A stretch of 64,000 bases of DNA from an uncultured Hyphomicrobiales bacterium (GTDB lineage: Bacteria; Pseudomonadota; Alphaproteobacteria; Rhizobiales; Devosiaceae), in assembly GCA_903828145.1 (NCBI GenBank), contig CAIKKY010000030.1, positions 49,658 to 113,657 of the forward strand. Reading direction: 5' to 3'. Below the pieces are notes generated by a model. That model saw nothing but the letters and a program-made list of their open reading frames with translations, was not told the DNA's origin and searched no databases. A program made the translations under genes and the position numbers. This document shows, in pieces, positions 18,820 through 28,784 of the stretch (position 1 is the stretch's first letter; the number at the start of each line of letters is the position of its first letter).

Positions 18820-19733
18820 CGCTCATCCGCTGGTTCGCGCTGTGTCTTGTTGTAGCCGCTGGCCCCGCGCTCGGCGCGCCCAAGGTCGTCGCCAGCATCA
18901 AGCCGCTGCATTCGCTGGTGGCCATGGTGATGGCGGGCGTCGGCGAGCCGCGCCTGCTCGTGCGTGGGGCGGCGTCGCCCCATGCCTATGCGCTGCGGCC
19001 CTCCGATGCGGCGGCGCTGCAGGCGGCTGATATCGTGTTCTGGACTGGCCACGGCATGGAGGTCTTTCTCGAGGATAGTCTCGATACGCTCGCGCCCCGC
19101 GCGGCGCATATCGATATGAGCGCGACCCCGGGCCTGACCCTGCTGCCGCTGCGCGAGGGCGGCACCTTTGAGGCCCATGCCGATGAGGGCGCGGATGCGC
19201 ATCACGACGAACGCGACATGCATTTTTTCCTCGATCCCGAGAACGCCCGCGCTATGCTGACCGAAATCGCCAGCGCATTGAGCGCGGCCGATCCGGCCAA
19301 TGCCGCGACCTATCTCGGCAATGCGGCTGAGGCCGATAAAACGCTCGCCGCGCTTGAGTCCACGCTCGCCCAGCAGCTGCGTCCGCTCGCCGGTCGGCCC
19401 TTTGTGGTCTTTCACGATGCCTATCAGTATTTTGAGGCGCGTTTTGGCCTCAGCGCGGTCGGGTCGATCACCGTGTCGGCCGATCTCGCGCCGGGCGCCG
19501 AGCGGGTGAGCGATATCCGCACAGCGCTCAAAACCCTGAACGCCGCCTGCGTCTTTGCCGAGCCGCAGTTTGATGCCGCGCGCGTCGCCGTCTTTTTAGA
19601 GGGCACCAGCGCCCGCGCCGGAACGCTCGATCCCGAGGGGGCCGCGCTCAACGAGGGGCCGGGGCTCTATCCGGCGCTGGTGCAGGCGCTCGCCGATGGC
19701 CTCACCACCTGCCTTAGCGCAGCGGGCCCCTGA
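18798..19733 (+). CDS. znuA: Zinc ABC transporter substrate-binding protein
   Basis: ASIKPLHSL, SPHAYALRPSD, DMHFFLDP and FHDAYQYFE motifs; start uncertain. Confidence 0.9.
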   Translation: MQTLYSYTLIRWFALCLVVAAGPALGAPKVVASIKPLHSLVAMVMAGVGEPRLLVRGAASPHAYALRPSDAAALQAADIVFWTGHGMEVFLEDSLDTLAPRAAHIDMSATPGLTLLPLREGGTFEAHADEGADAHHDERDMHFFLDPENARAMLTEIASALSAADPANAATYLGNAAEADKTLAALESTLAQQLRPLAGRPFVVFHDAYQYFEARFGLSAVGSITVSADLAPGAERVSDIRTALKTLNAACVFAEPQFDAARVAVFLEGTSARAGTLDPEGAALNEGPGLYPALVQALADGLTTCLSAAGP

Positions 19734-20064
19734 ACACGAAAAACGCCCCCAGTGCGATGAGCCCGAACCCGACGCCATGGTTGAGGGTCAGCTTTTCATT
19801 GAGCACGAAAACCGAAAACGCCATGAACACGGTGAGGCTGATCACCTCCTGCATGGTCTTGAGTTCCGCCGCCGAATAGGTGCCGTAGCCAATCCGGTTT
19901 GCGGGCACTGCCAGCCAGTATTCGACGAGCGCAATGCCCCAGCTCACCATGACCGCGGCCCACATCGGCGCGCCGGGGAATTTGAGGTGCCCGTACCAGG
20001 CCGTGGTCATGAACAGATTGGAGGCGCACAGGAGCAGAATGGGCAGCACGGCCTGCATCGTCAT
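19714..20064 (-). CDS. DUF486-type DMT family small membrane protein
   Basis: SNLFMTTAWYGHLK, EYWLAVPANRIG and LKTMQEVISL motifs. Confidence 0.85.
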   Translation of the reverse strand: MTMQAVLPILLLCASNLFMTTAWYGHLKFPGAPMWAAVMVSWGIALVEYWLAVPANRIGYGTYSAAELKTMQEVISLTVFMAFSVFVLNEKLTLNHGVGFGLIALGAFFVFRGPLR

Positions 20065-20134
20065 CGTCGACTCACAAATGATCTTCGCCGCGACATTGAC
20101 CGGCAAGCCCCACTCGGTCTAGCGTCAGTTTCAC

Positions 20135-20315
20135 CATCGGTTCCCCGCGCCAACGGGCAAGGGGATCAAAAGGGAACACGGTAAGGCGTACCCAACAGGG
20201 ACCTATTCCGTGGCTGCCCCCGCAACTGTAAGCGGTGAGCGCCTCCTCTATGCCACTGGCGAAAGCCGGGAAGGCAGGACGGTGCGACGACCCGCAAGCC
20301 AGGAGACCTGCCGGT
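20135..20315 (+). ncRNA. Cobalamin riboswitch
   Basis: GGTTCC...AAAAGGGAA CACGG...TCCGTG GCTGCCCCCGCAACTGTAA...GCCACTG..GGGAAGG...AAGCCAGGAGACCTGCC: all consensus blocks present, upstream of cbtB. Confidence 0.95.
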
Positions 20316-20367
20316 GGAAACCGGGGCAATAGGGCCCCGATTCTGTGCACACGGAGGGTGTCCGCAC

Positions 20368-20550
20368 ATGCCAATGGTTTCTGCCCAGACCGGGCTTTCG
20401 CTTTCGCATATCCACACGCGCGTGCTCGCCGGGCTGTTCATGCTCGTGCTGGGCTTCACCCTGGTCGGCGGCATCGGCTTCGCCAATGATCTGGCGGTGC
20501 ATAACGGCGCCCACGACACCCGCCATGCGATGGGTTTCCCCTGCCACTGA
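20368..20550 (+). CDS. cbtB: Cobalt transporter subunit CbtB
   Basis: One TM helix followed by HNGAHDTRHAMGFPCH. Confidence 0.92.
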   Translation: MPMVSAQTGLSLSHIHTRVLAGLFMLVLGFTLVGGIGFANDLAVHNGAHDTRHAMGFPCH

Positions 20551-20566
20551 GGCGGGGCCAATCCTC

Positions 20567-21238
20567 ATGCACCATCTGAGACGAATGATCTGGGCCGCCG
20601 TGCTGGCGGGCCTTGTGGCTGGCCTTGTTTCGGCTGGACTGATCGAGTGGCGCATCGCGCCCTTGATCGCCAGTGCCGAAACCTACGAGGAAGCGGCCCC
20701 CCATACCCATGAGGCGGGTGCGCCCGCCCATGATCACGCGGCCATGCCCCAGGGGGCGGCGCGGATTGCGCTCACCGGCCTCTCCACGGTGCTCGCCACC
20801 ATCGGCTTTGCGCTCCTTTTAGGCGGCGCGGCGCTGGTGCTCGACCTGCCGCTCACCCTGCGTACGGGGCCGCTCTGGGGACTCGGTGCTTTTGTTGCCG
20901 TTCAAGTGATGCCGGCGCTGGTTTTGCCGCTGCAATTGCCGGGCATGGCGGCGCTCGATCTGGGCACGCGACAGACGCTCTGGCTTGGCATTGCCACGCT
21001 GGCCGGAGCCGGGCTGCTGCTCGTGGCGAGACTGCGCTCCACCCCCCTGCGGCTTGCTGGGCTGGCGCTGGCGCTCAGCCCGCTGCTCATTCCCGTGGCG
21101 CTGCCCGAGGGCGGGGGGGTTGTCCCCCCCGAACTCGCCAGTGCCTTTGCCGCCAACAGCCTTGCCCTTGGGGCGCTCAGCTTTGCGGTGCTGGGCACGG
21201 CACTTGGCTATTTCAGCACCTGGAGACGCGCGCCATGA
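20567..21238 (+). CDS. cbtA: Cobalt transporter subunit CbtA
   Basis: PLIASAETYE, His patch, P-LVLP--LPG motif and TM helices; follows cbtB. Confidence 0.88.
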   Translation: MHHLRRMIWAAVLAGLVAGLVSAGLIEWRIAPLIASAETYEEAAPHTHEAGAPAHDHAAMPQGAARIALTGLSTVLATIGFALLLGGAALVLDLPLTLRTGPLWGLGAFVAVQVMPALVLPLQLPGMAALDLGTRQTLWLGIATLAGAGLLLVARLRSTPLRLAGLALALSPLLIPVALPEGGGVVPPELASAFAANSLALGALSFAVLGTALGYFSTWRRAP

Positions 21239-22290
21239 CCACCCGGATTCCTGTCACCGTCATCACCGGCTTTCTGGGGGCGGGCAAGACTACGCTGGTC
21301 AGGCATCTGCTCGCCCACGCGGGGGGCAAGCGCATCGCGCTCATCATCAATGAATTTGGCGAAATGGGCGTTGACCGCGACATACTGGCCGGGTGCGGCG
21401 ATGCAACCTGCCGCGAGGAGGATATGATCGAACTGGCCAATGGCTGCATCTGCTGCACCGTGGCCGACGAATTCATCCCCACCATGGCGGCGCTGCTGGC
21501 CCGGCCGGATCGGCCCGACCATATCGTCATCGAAACCTCGGGCCTCGCCTTACCGCAGCCGCTGATCCGCGCGTTCAACTGGCCCGAGATCAAGGCCGAT
21601 GTCACCATCGACGGCGTGGTGACGGTAACCGATGCCGCTGCCCTCGCCGATGGCCGGTTTGCGGCCGATGAGGGGGCCGTTGATGCGGCGCGGCGCGCCG
21701 ACGCGCTGATCGACCACGAGACGCCGCTCGGCGAACTCTTTGCCGATCAGCTGGTCGCGGCCGATCTCGTCATCCTCAACAAGGCCGATCTGGTTGATCC
21801 GGCGGAACTCGATGCCATCGAGGCGGGGCTCCGCCTTTCGCTGCGGCCCGGCACCGGGCTCGTGCGGGCGCGCAATGGCCATGTCGACGCCGCCGCCCTC
21901 CTGGGTCTCGGGCTCGCGACCGAGGACAATCTCGAGGGCCGGGAAAGCCAGCACGAGCTGGAGCATGGCGGGGAAGGCCATGAGCACGATGATTTTGATT
22001 CCTTCACCGTGACGCTGGATGTGACCCCCAGCCGCGAGACGCTGCTGTCCGCCATCGAACAGGCGATCCGCGCCCATGATATCTTGCGGCTCAAAGGCTT
22101 TGCCGCGCTGCCCGGCGCATCGGCCCGGCTCGCGATTCAGGCTGTTGGCCCCCGCGTGAATGCCTATTTCGATCGGCCCTTTGCCGCTGGTGAAGCCCGA
22201 AAAACCGCCTTTGTGGTTATCGGTGAAAGCCCGCTGGACCGCGCGGCGATCACCGCCACCCTGATGGGCGCGCTGAGCGCTGCCGCCTGA
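21235..22290 (+). CDS. cobW: Cobalamin biosynthesis GTPase/metallochaperone CobW
   Basis: TGFLGAGKT, ELANGCICC, IETSGLALP and LRLKG motifs. Confidence 0.95.
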   Translation: MTTRIPVTVITGFLGAGKTTLVRHLLAHAGGKRIALIINEFGEMGVDRDILAGCGDATCREEDMIELANGCICCTVADEFIPTMAALLARPDRPDHIVIETSGLALPQPLIRAFNWPEIKADVTIDGVVTVTDAAALADGRFAADEGAVDAARRADALIDHETPLGELFADQLVAADLVILNKADLVDPAELDAIEAGLRLSLRPGTGLVRARNGHVDAAALLGLGLATEDNLEGRESQHELEHGGEGHEHDDFDSFTVTLDVTPSRETLLSAIEQAIRAHDILRLKGFAALPGASARLAIQAVGPRVNAYFDRPFAAGEARKTAFVVIGESPLDRAAITATLMGALSAAA

Positions 22291-25200
22291 TGCACCTGTT
22301 ACGGGCTGAGGCGGGGGCGCTGCAGAACGAGGGCGAGGCGATCGACCTCGGCCAATCGCCCGCGCCCCTCGTCTTCGCCTCATCCGCCGATAGCGAGCTG
22401 GTGCTGCTCGCGGGGGCAGCAGACCGGGCGGGAGCAGCGGACCTGCGGCTCGCGCACCTCTTGCGGCTGAGCCACAACATGTCGGTAGACCTCTGGCTCG
22501 ATCAGACCGTGCGGCACGCGAGGCTCGTGGTGCTGCGGCTCCTCGGCGGCGCGGCCTATTTCCCTTATGGGGTCGCCGAACTCGATGCACTCTGCCGCAC
22601 GACCGGGGCGCGGCTGGTCCTGCTCCCCGGCGACGCCAACCCGGATCCCATCCTCCGCGACCGCTCAACCATTCCGGGCGACGATTGGGACCGGCTGCTC
22701 GGACTGTTCACCGCCGGTGGACCCGAAAATGCCGATGCGCTGCTGATGGCGTTCAGGGCGCTGGCCGAGGGCAGGCCGGTTGCGGCGCGGCCGGAGGCTT
22801 TTCTGCGCTTTGGCTACTGGCTGCCGGAGACGGGCATCGTCGACACCATGCCCCAGGCTGCCGGACCAAATGTGCCGATCCTGTTTTATCGCGCCCTGAT
22901 CGAGGGGGCCGGCACCGCCACGCTGACAGCGTTGATTACCGATTTGCGGACCGCCGGGCTCAACCCCGTGCCGCTCGTCATTTCGACGCTGAAGGAAAGG
23001 GCCTGCATCCGCTTCGTCAAGGCGGCGTTCGCAGCGCATGCGCCTGCGGCGATCCTCAATCTCACCGGCTTTGCCCTGGGGCTCGACGGGCTCGATGCCG
23101 CGCAGAACCCCTTTGCCGAAACCGATGCGCCGGTGATCCAGCTCCTCCAATCCGGCCGCTCGCGCGCCCTCTGGCAGGTCGACACGCAGGGGCTATCCTC
23201 CAAAGACCTCGCCATGCAGGTCGTGTTGCCCGAACTTGACGGACGGCATGGTATGATCCTCGTGGGCCATAAAGAGGAAGCAAGCTGGCACGCCCGCACC
23301 GAAACCGCGCTCTCGGCCTATGTGCCTGACGCCGAGGGCATCAGCCGTGCGGTTACCTTGGCAGGTAACCTTGCGCGTCTGCGCCAAACGCCGCCCGAGG
23401 CCCGCCGCGTGGCGCTGCTGCTGGCCAATTACCCGGTGCGCGACGGACGGCTCGCCAATGGCGTCGGCTATGATGCGCCCCAATCGACCATCGAAATCAT
23501 CGGTCTGATGCAATCGGCCGGATACGATACGGCTGGTGCCCCGCAATCGGCCGAGGCGCTGATGGCGCGCCTGCTCGCGGGCCCGACCAATGCCAACCCC
23601 GCGCGCTCTGGGGGTATTCCCTTCGCCCTCGCGGACTATCAACGGGCGTTCCGGGGTTTGCCCGGCGCAGTGCAAGCGGCGGTCACAGAACGCTGGGGCC
23701 CCCCGGAAGCCGATCCGTTTGTGCGGGATGCGGCCTTCCACCTGCCGGGTTTTGTGGCGGGCAATCTGGCCATCCTGCTCCAGCCGGCGCGTGGCTACCA
23801 TCTCGATCCGGCAACGAGCTATCACGACCCCGATCTCGTGCCGCCGCACGGCTATCTCGCGGCCTATTTCTGGGTGCGCCATGGTTTTGACGCCATGGCC
23901 CTGATCCACAACGGCAAGCACGGCAATCTCGAATGGCTGCCCGGCAAAGCCGTGGCGCTCGACCGGACGAGCTACCCGGCGGCGCTCTGGGCCGAGCTGC
24001 CGCAGCTCTACCCCTTTATCGTCAATGATCCCGGCGAGGGCACGCAGGCGAAGCGCCGCACCGGAGCGGTGATCATCGACCATCTCGTGCCGCCGCTCAC
24101 CCGCGCTGAACTCTACGGTCCGCTCAAAGACCTTGAAGCCCTGCTCGATGAGTATTTCGCCGCCTCCGGCCTCGACCGCCGCAGGCTCAAAGACATTGAG
24201 CGCCGTATCCTCGATTTCGCCCGCGATGCGCGGCTGGATCGCGACGTGCCGCTCAGCAGCGAAGCGGGGGAGAGCCTCAGGCGTCTCGATACGTTCCTCT
24301 GTGACCTGAAAGAGGCGCAGATCCGCGACGGGCTGCATGTTTTCGGCCAATCGCCCACGGGTCGGCTCAACCGCGACACGCTGGTGGCTCTGGCGCGCGT
24401 GCCGCGCGGGGAAGCGCCGGGCGACGCCTCGCTGATCCGCGCCTTGGCCGATGATCTGAAATTCGCCTTTGATCCCCTCACGGCCGATCTCGGCGCGCGC
24501 TGGCGCGGCCCCGGTGGCTTCAGGCGGGTGGGCGATGTCGTCACCCATCTCGAGGCGATTGCGGCTGACTTGGTGGATGGACGGGCGCCAGAGCCCGACT
24601 GGACCGCTACGCGGGCGGTGCTCGCTACCCTCGAGAGCACCATGCGTCCGCGCCTTGCCGCCTGTGGGCCAAACGAACGGGCGGCGCTGCTGTCGGGGCT
24701 CGATGGTCGCTTCATTGCGCCTGGCCCCTCGGGCGCTCCCTCACGCGGGCGGCTCGATGTGCTGCCCACCGGGCGCAATTTCTATTCGGTCGATAACCGC
24801 GCCATCCCCACTCAGACTGCCTGGGAACTGGGCCGCAAATCGGCTGAAGCGCTGCTCACCCGGCATTTTCAGGATCAGGGCACGCCGCTTGCGGCGCTGG
24901 CGCTTTCGGTCTGGGGCACCTCCACCATGCGTACGGGCGGCGATGATATCGCGCAGGCCCTGGCGCTCATTGGCGCTCGGCCGGTGTGGGACCCGGGTTC
25001 GCTCCGGGTGTCAGGCTATGAAATCATCCCGCTCGCCAAGCTGGGACGCCCCCGCGTTGATGTTACGCTGCGCATTTCCGGCTTTTTCCGCGATGCGTTT
25101 CCGGCCCAGATCGCGCTGTTCGACAAGGCCGTTCGGGCCATTGGTGCGCTCGATGAACCCGAGGGCGACAACCCGATTGCCCACCGCATGCGCATTGAGG

Positions 25201-25958
25201 CGCTGGGTTTGATGGCCAGCGGCCAAACCGCAGCCGAAGCCGCCCTGACCGCGGGCCACCGGATATTCGGCTCGAAGCCCGGGGCCTATGGCGCGGGCCT
25301 CCAGGCCCTCATGGATTCCGGGCAATGGTCGACCAAGGCGGACCTCGGCAATGCGTTTCTCGACTGGGGCCAATATGCCTATGGCGCCCACAGCGCCGGT
25401 GAGCCCATGCGCGACCGCTTTGCCCTGCGGCTGAGCCAGATTGATGTGGTGTTACACAATCAGGACAATCGCGAGCACGATCTGCTTGATTCCGATGATT
25501 ACTACCAGTTCGAAGGCGGGCTGGCTGCCGCAGCAGAAGCCGTGTCGGGACGCGCGCCACTCGGCTTCCATATGGATCATTCGCGGCCCGAAAACCCGGT
25601 GGCCCGAACGCTGGAGGAAGAGATTTCGCGGGTCATGCGCGCGCGCGTCGTCAACCCCAAGTGGATCGCCGGTGTGATGCGCCACGGCTATAAGGGGGCC
25701 TTCGAGATCGTCGCGACCGTCGATTACATGCTGGCGTTCGCCGCCACGACGGGTGCGGTGAAGAGCCACCATTTCGACCTCGCCTTTGCCGCCTTCATCG
25801 AAGACGATACAACGCGCGGCTTTCTATTGAGCGCCAACCGGCACGGCCATGACGAACTGCTTGACCGGTTCCGCGAGGCCGAGCGGCGGGGCTTCTGGAC
25901 TCCGCGCACCAATTCCGCCACCACCTGGCTCCATCCGCAACCGGACGACACCCCATGA
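22290..25958 (+). CDS. cobN: Cobaltochelatase subunit CobN
   Basis: 1222 aa; HNGKHGNLEWLPGK, GPSGAPSRG, LPTGRNFY and NPKWIAGVMRHGYKG motifs. Confidence 0.96.
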   Translation: MHLLRAEAGALQNEGEAIDLGQSPAPLVFASSADSELVLLAGAADRAGAADLRLAHLLRLSHNMSVDLWLDQTVRHARLVVLRLLGGAAYFPYGVAELDALCRTTGARLVLLPGDANPDPILRDRSTIPGDDWDRLLGLFTAGGPENADALLMAFRALAEGRPVAARPEAFLRFGYWLPETGIVDTMPQAAGPNVPILFYRALIEGAGTATLTALITDLRTAGLNPVPLVISTLKERACIRFVKAAFAAHAPAAILNLTGFALGLDGLDAAQNPFAETDAPVIQLLQSGRSRALWQVDTQGLSSKDLAMQVVLPELDGRHGMILVGHKEEASWHARTETALSAYVPDAEGISRAVTLAGNLARLRQTPPEARRVALLLANYPVRDGRLANGVGYDAPQSTIEIIGLMQSAGYDTAGAPQSAEALMARLLAGPTNANPARSGGIPFALADYQRAFRGLPGAVQAAVTERWGPPEADPFVRDAAFHLPGFVAGNLAILLQPARGYHLDPATSYHDPDLVPPHGYLAAYFWVRHGFDAMALIHNGKHGNLEWLPGKAVALDRTSYPAALWAELPQLYPFIVNDPGEGTQAKRRTGAVIIDHLVPPLTRAELYGPLKDLEALLDEYFAASGLDRRRLKDIERRILDFARDARLDRDVPLSSEAGESLRRLDTFLCDLKEAQIRDGLHVFGQSPTGRLNRDTLVALARVPRGEAPGDASLIRALADDLKFAFDPLTADLGARWRGPGGFRRVGDVVTHLEAIAADLVDGRAPEPDWTATRAVLATLESTMRPRLAACGPNERAALLSGLDGRFIAPGPSGAPSRGRLDVLPTGRNFYSVDNRAIPTQTAWELGRKSAEALLTRHFQDQGTPLAALALSVWGTSTMRTGGDDIAQALALIGARPVWDPGSLRVSGYEIIPLAKLGRPRVDVTLRISGFFRDAFPAQIALFDKAVRAIGALDEPEGDNPIAHRMRIEALGLMASGQTAAEAALTAGHRIFGSKPGAYGAGLQALMDSGQWSTKADLGNAFLDWGQYAYGAHSAGEPMRDRFALRLSQIDVVLHNQDNREHDLLDSDDYYQFEGGLAAAAEAVSGRAPLGFHMDHSRPENPVARTLEEEISRVMRARVVNPKWIAGVMRHGYKGAFEIVATVDYMLAFAATTGAVKSHHFDLAFAAFIEDDTTRGFLLSANRHGHDELLDRFREAERRGFWTPRTNSATTWLHPQPDDTP

Positions 25959-26596
25959 CCGACCGCGCCCCCAAGAAGACTGACCTGATGACCGAGGCCG
26001 AGCGCGATGCCTATCACGCTGAAAAAATGAAGAAAAAAAAGGAAGCGCGTAACCGCATCCTCGCGACGAAAACCGAGGAAAAGGGCCTCGTGATCGTCCA
26101 TACCGGCAAGGGCAAGGGTAAATCCACGGCGGCCTTCGGCATGGTGTTCCGGGCGCTGGGGCACGGCTTCACCGTGGGCGTGGTGCAATTCGTCAAGGGC
26201 GCCTGGGGCACTGGCGAGCGCACGGTACTCGAGCGCTTCCCCGACCTCGTGACCATCAAAGCCATGGGCGAGGGCTTCACCTGGGACGTTGCCGATCGTC
26301 AGCGCGACATCGCGGCTGCCCGCGCTGCGTGGGACGCGGCCAAAGTCATGATCGCCGACGAACGCTATAAGCTGATCCTTCTCGACGAACTCAACATCGT
26401 GCTGCGCTATGATTATCTGCCGCTCGATGAAGTGCTCGCGGTGCTGCACACCAAGCCGCGCGACACCCACGTCATCATCACCGGCCGCAACGCCAAGGAT
26501 GAGCTGATCGAGCTTGCTGACCTCGTGACCGAAATGACCGAAATCAAACACCCCTTCCGCGCCGGCGTGAAAGCGCAGAAGGGTATTGAGTTTTAG
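25955..26596 (+). CDS. cobO: Cob(I)yrinic acid a,c-diamide adenosyltransferase
   Basis: HTGKGKGKSTAAFG, LDELN, ITGRNA and KHPF motifs. Confidence 0.96.
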   Translation: MTDRAPKKTDLMTEAERDAYHAEKMKKKKEARNRILATKTEEKGLVIVHTGKGKGKSTAAFGMVFRALGHGFTVGVVQFVKGAWGTGERTVLERFPDLVTIKAMGEGFTWDVADRQRDIAAARAAWDAAKVMIADERYKLILLDELNIVLRYDYLPLDEVLAVLHTKPRDTHVIITGRNAKDELIELADLVTEMTEIKHPFRAGVKAQKGIEF

Positions 26597-26658
26597 GTGA
26601 GCCTTGCCTGATTTGGTAAGGAAAAACCCGCATCATCCCTTGTCCGAGGAGGTGTGGC

Positions 26659-27123
26659 ATGCGATTTTGGATCGTGATCTTCGTCATTGTGCACGTTGCG
26701 GAATTGGCTGGGCTGGCCCTATGCCTTTCGCAGTATCGCTTTGTCGATGCAGGGCTGCTCGCGGACGTTGTCGCGTCGGGCGCGCATGATGCCATCAGCC
26801 TCGCCTCGCAACTTGGCAGGCTGGACCTGCTGACCATAGTGCTCGGCGTTCTTGCCTTGTTGTTGACTGTTGGGACAATTCTGGTGGGGTGGTCGTTTTC
26901 GGCGACGGTAGAGAACCGCGCCAAGAATGAGCTTCGGGAGCTCTTGCCCGGCCTCTTAGCAGAGCAGCTTTCAGCTTCACTTCCAAATGATCTGAGGCAG
27001 CTTTTTGCGAGAGATCCGGGTATCATTGTTGACGCAATGCAGGAAAACCGCGAGATCATCGAGGCGGTTCTGGACGGGAATTCGGACTTCACAACGGAAG
27101 TTAGAGAAAACATTGATCGGTAA
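26659..27123 (+). CDS. Hypothetical protein with two N-terminal TM helices (lower GC)
   Basis: GAGGAGG SD, hydrophobic stretches at aa ~3-25 and ~56-80, 3 bp from the IrrE-like gene. Confidence 0.65.
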   Translation: MRFWIVIFVIVHVAELAGLALCLSQYRFVDAGLLADVVASGAHDAISLASQLGRLDLLTIVLGVLALLLTVGTILVGWSFSATVENRAKNELRELLPGLLAEQLSASLPNDLRQLFARDPGIIVDAMQENREIIEAVLDGNSDFTTEVRENIDR

Positions 27124-27126
27124 GGC

Positions 27127-27630
27127 ATGACTGATTCAGCGCAAGATATCATCAACGCCAATAGTGCGTCTGCGCCCGTCAACGTGGAGCAGATCGCTCG
27201 CGATCTCGGACTTGAGCTCGTCGCTAAGGCGAACCTGCCCGAGCAAATTGCCGGTTTGATCGAAAAGACCAAAAACAGTTACCGGATCAAGGTCAATGCG
27301 GCGGACCACTACTATCGGCGTCGCTTCACGATCGCCCATGAAATCGCGCATTTTCTGTTGCACCGGCATCTTCTTGGGGATGGAGTGGACGACAACCGCG
27401 CTTACCGGGCGACCGATACCGGTCAATACAGGCACTCGGAAATCGCTGCTTCGCACGAAGCGGAAGCGAACAGGCTTGCCGCCCACATTCTGATGCCGCC
27501 AAATTTGGTGAAGCGCGAGTATTCTGAAGCGAATCGGGATGTCGATACGCTGGCGAAGCGCCTCCAGGTGTCGCCTGCGGCCATGAAATATCGGCTGAAA
27601 GCGCTTGGGTACGAGGTTGATCTGACCTAA
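27127..27630 (+). CDS. ImmA/IrrE family metallo-endopeptidase
   Basis: RRRFTIAHEIAHFLLH (HExxH) and EAEANRLAAHILMP motifs. Confidence 0.88.
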   Translation: MTDSAQDIINANSASAPVNVEQIARDLGLELVAKANLPEQIAGLIEKTKNSYRIKVNAADHYYRRRFTIAHEIAHFLLHRHLLGDGVDDNRAYRATDTGQYRHSEIAASHEAEANRLAAHILMPPNLVKREYSEANRDVDTLAKRLQVSPAAMKYRLKALGYEVDLT

Positions 27631-27676
27631 TTTTCTGGCATTATTTGCCCTGTCGCCGGTAGCCATTCCGGGTAGG

Positions 27677-27700
27677 GGCCCTGCAGCACGCTGCGGGGCC
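27677..27700. terminator. Hairpin between the IrrE-like gene and the convergent CDF gene
   Basis: GGCCCTGCAG-CACG-CTGCGGGGCC stem-loop. Confidence 0.45.
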
Positions 27701-27714
27701 TCATTGTTTTGCCC

Positions 27715-28617
27715 TCACACCACCACGATGCCTGAGTGCTTGGCTTTTTCCTCGGGCTCGACATGGATGGTGATCTGCGCGTGTTCCACCGCGTCTTTGA
27801 GCTTCAGCTCAATGCCGTCGCAGATCTGGTGGGCCTGTTCCACGCTCATCGCGCCCGGCACCACGAGGTGGAAATCGATGAACGTCATCTTGCCCGCCTG
27901 CCGCGTGCGGATGTCATGCGCTTCAATGGCGCCCTCGGCATTGGCCGATATGATGTCGCGGATGAGGTGCAGCGTCTTGGGTTCCACCGCCACATCCATC
28001 AGCCCGATCACGCTTTGCTTGATGAGTTCCCACCCCGACCAGAGGATGGTCAGGCCCACAAGCCCCGCGAGAATGGCATCGAGTTGCGGCCAGTTGAGAG
28101 CGGCGGCAAGCAGCACGCCAAGCAGCACGCCGAGCGTCGAGCCGACATCGGTGGCGAGATGTCTGCCATCGGCCTGCAGCGCGGGTGAGCCGGCCTTTTT
28201 GCCCTCCCGCAGCAGCCACCATGACCACCCGGCGTTGGCAATGGACGCGAGCACGCTCACACTGATGCCCCAGGGATCGAGCCGAAAGCCGCGCGGGCTA
28301 ATGAAGCCGTGCCAGGCCTCGTTGAAAATCAGGATCGCTGCGACCACGATGAACACGCCGATGACGACGGCCGAGAAATATTCGGCCTTGTGGTAGCCAT
28401 AGGGCAGGGCCTCGTCAGCCGGGCGGGCCGACAGGCGCACCGCGACCAGCGCGACAAGGGCGGTGACGACATTGACCACGCTTTCAAGCGCATCGGAATA
28501 GAGCGCGATGGAGCCGGTGCTCCAGGCGGCAAAGGCCTTGAGGGCCAGCACGACGACTCCGACGACAAGGCTGCCGTAGGCGACATGGATGGCAATGCGA
28601 CTGGTTTTAGCGCTCAT
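27715..28617 (-). CDS. Cation diffusion facilitator (CDF) transporter
   Basis: SDALESVVN, YGYHKAEY, ADGRHLATD and IDFHLVV..IHVEP motifs. Confidence 0.92.
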   Translation of the reverse strand: MSAKTSRIAIHVAYGSLVVGVVVLALKAFAAWSTGSIALYSDALESVVNVVTALVALVAVRLSARPADEALPYGYHKAEYFSAVVIGVFIVVAAILIFNEAWHGFISPRGFRLDPWGISVSVLASIANAGWSWWLLREGKKAGSPALQADGRHLATDVGSTLGVLLGVLLAAALNWPQLDAILAGLVGLTILWSGWELIKQSVIGLMDVAVEPKTLHLIRDIISANAEGAIEAHDIRTRQAGKMTFIDFHLVVPGAMSVEQAHQICDGIELKLKDAVEHAQITIHVEPEEKAKHSGIVVV

Positions 28618-28784
28618 TGCAGGCCAATAGACCGCGCGAGCGGGCAAGGCAAGCCCGGCGCGCCGCCGGAACCGGGGCTGGCAAGCGCCTCATTTTGCAA
28701 GTGATTTTCATCCGCAGCGGCCCATGGGGCCGGAATCGTTTGACCCCTCATCGGCTGGCCTCTACAACCCGTTGAAAGCGCAGC

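Noticed and set aside
26033-26040. A8 run in cobO as a frameshift or phase-variation site
   Set aside because: In frame (poly-Lys KKKK) and the ORF is intact.
26597-27700. Prophage or IS remnant around the IrrE cassette
   Set aside because: No integrase, transposase, terminal repeats or target-site duplication visible.
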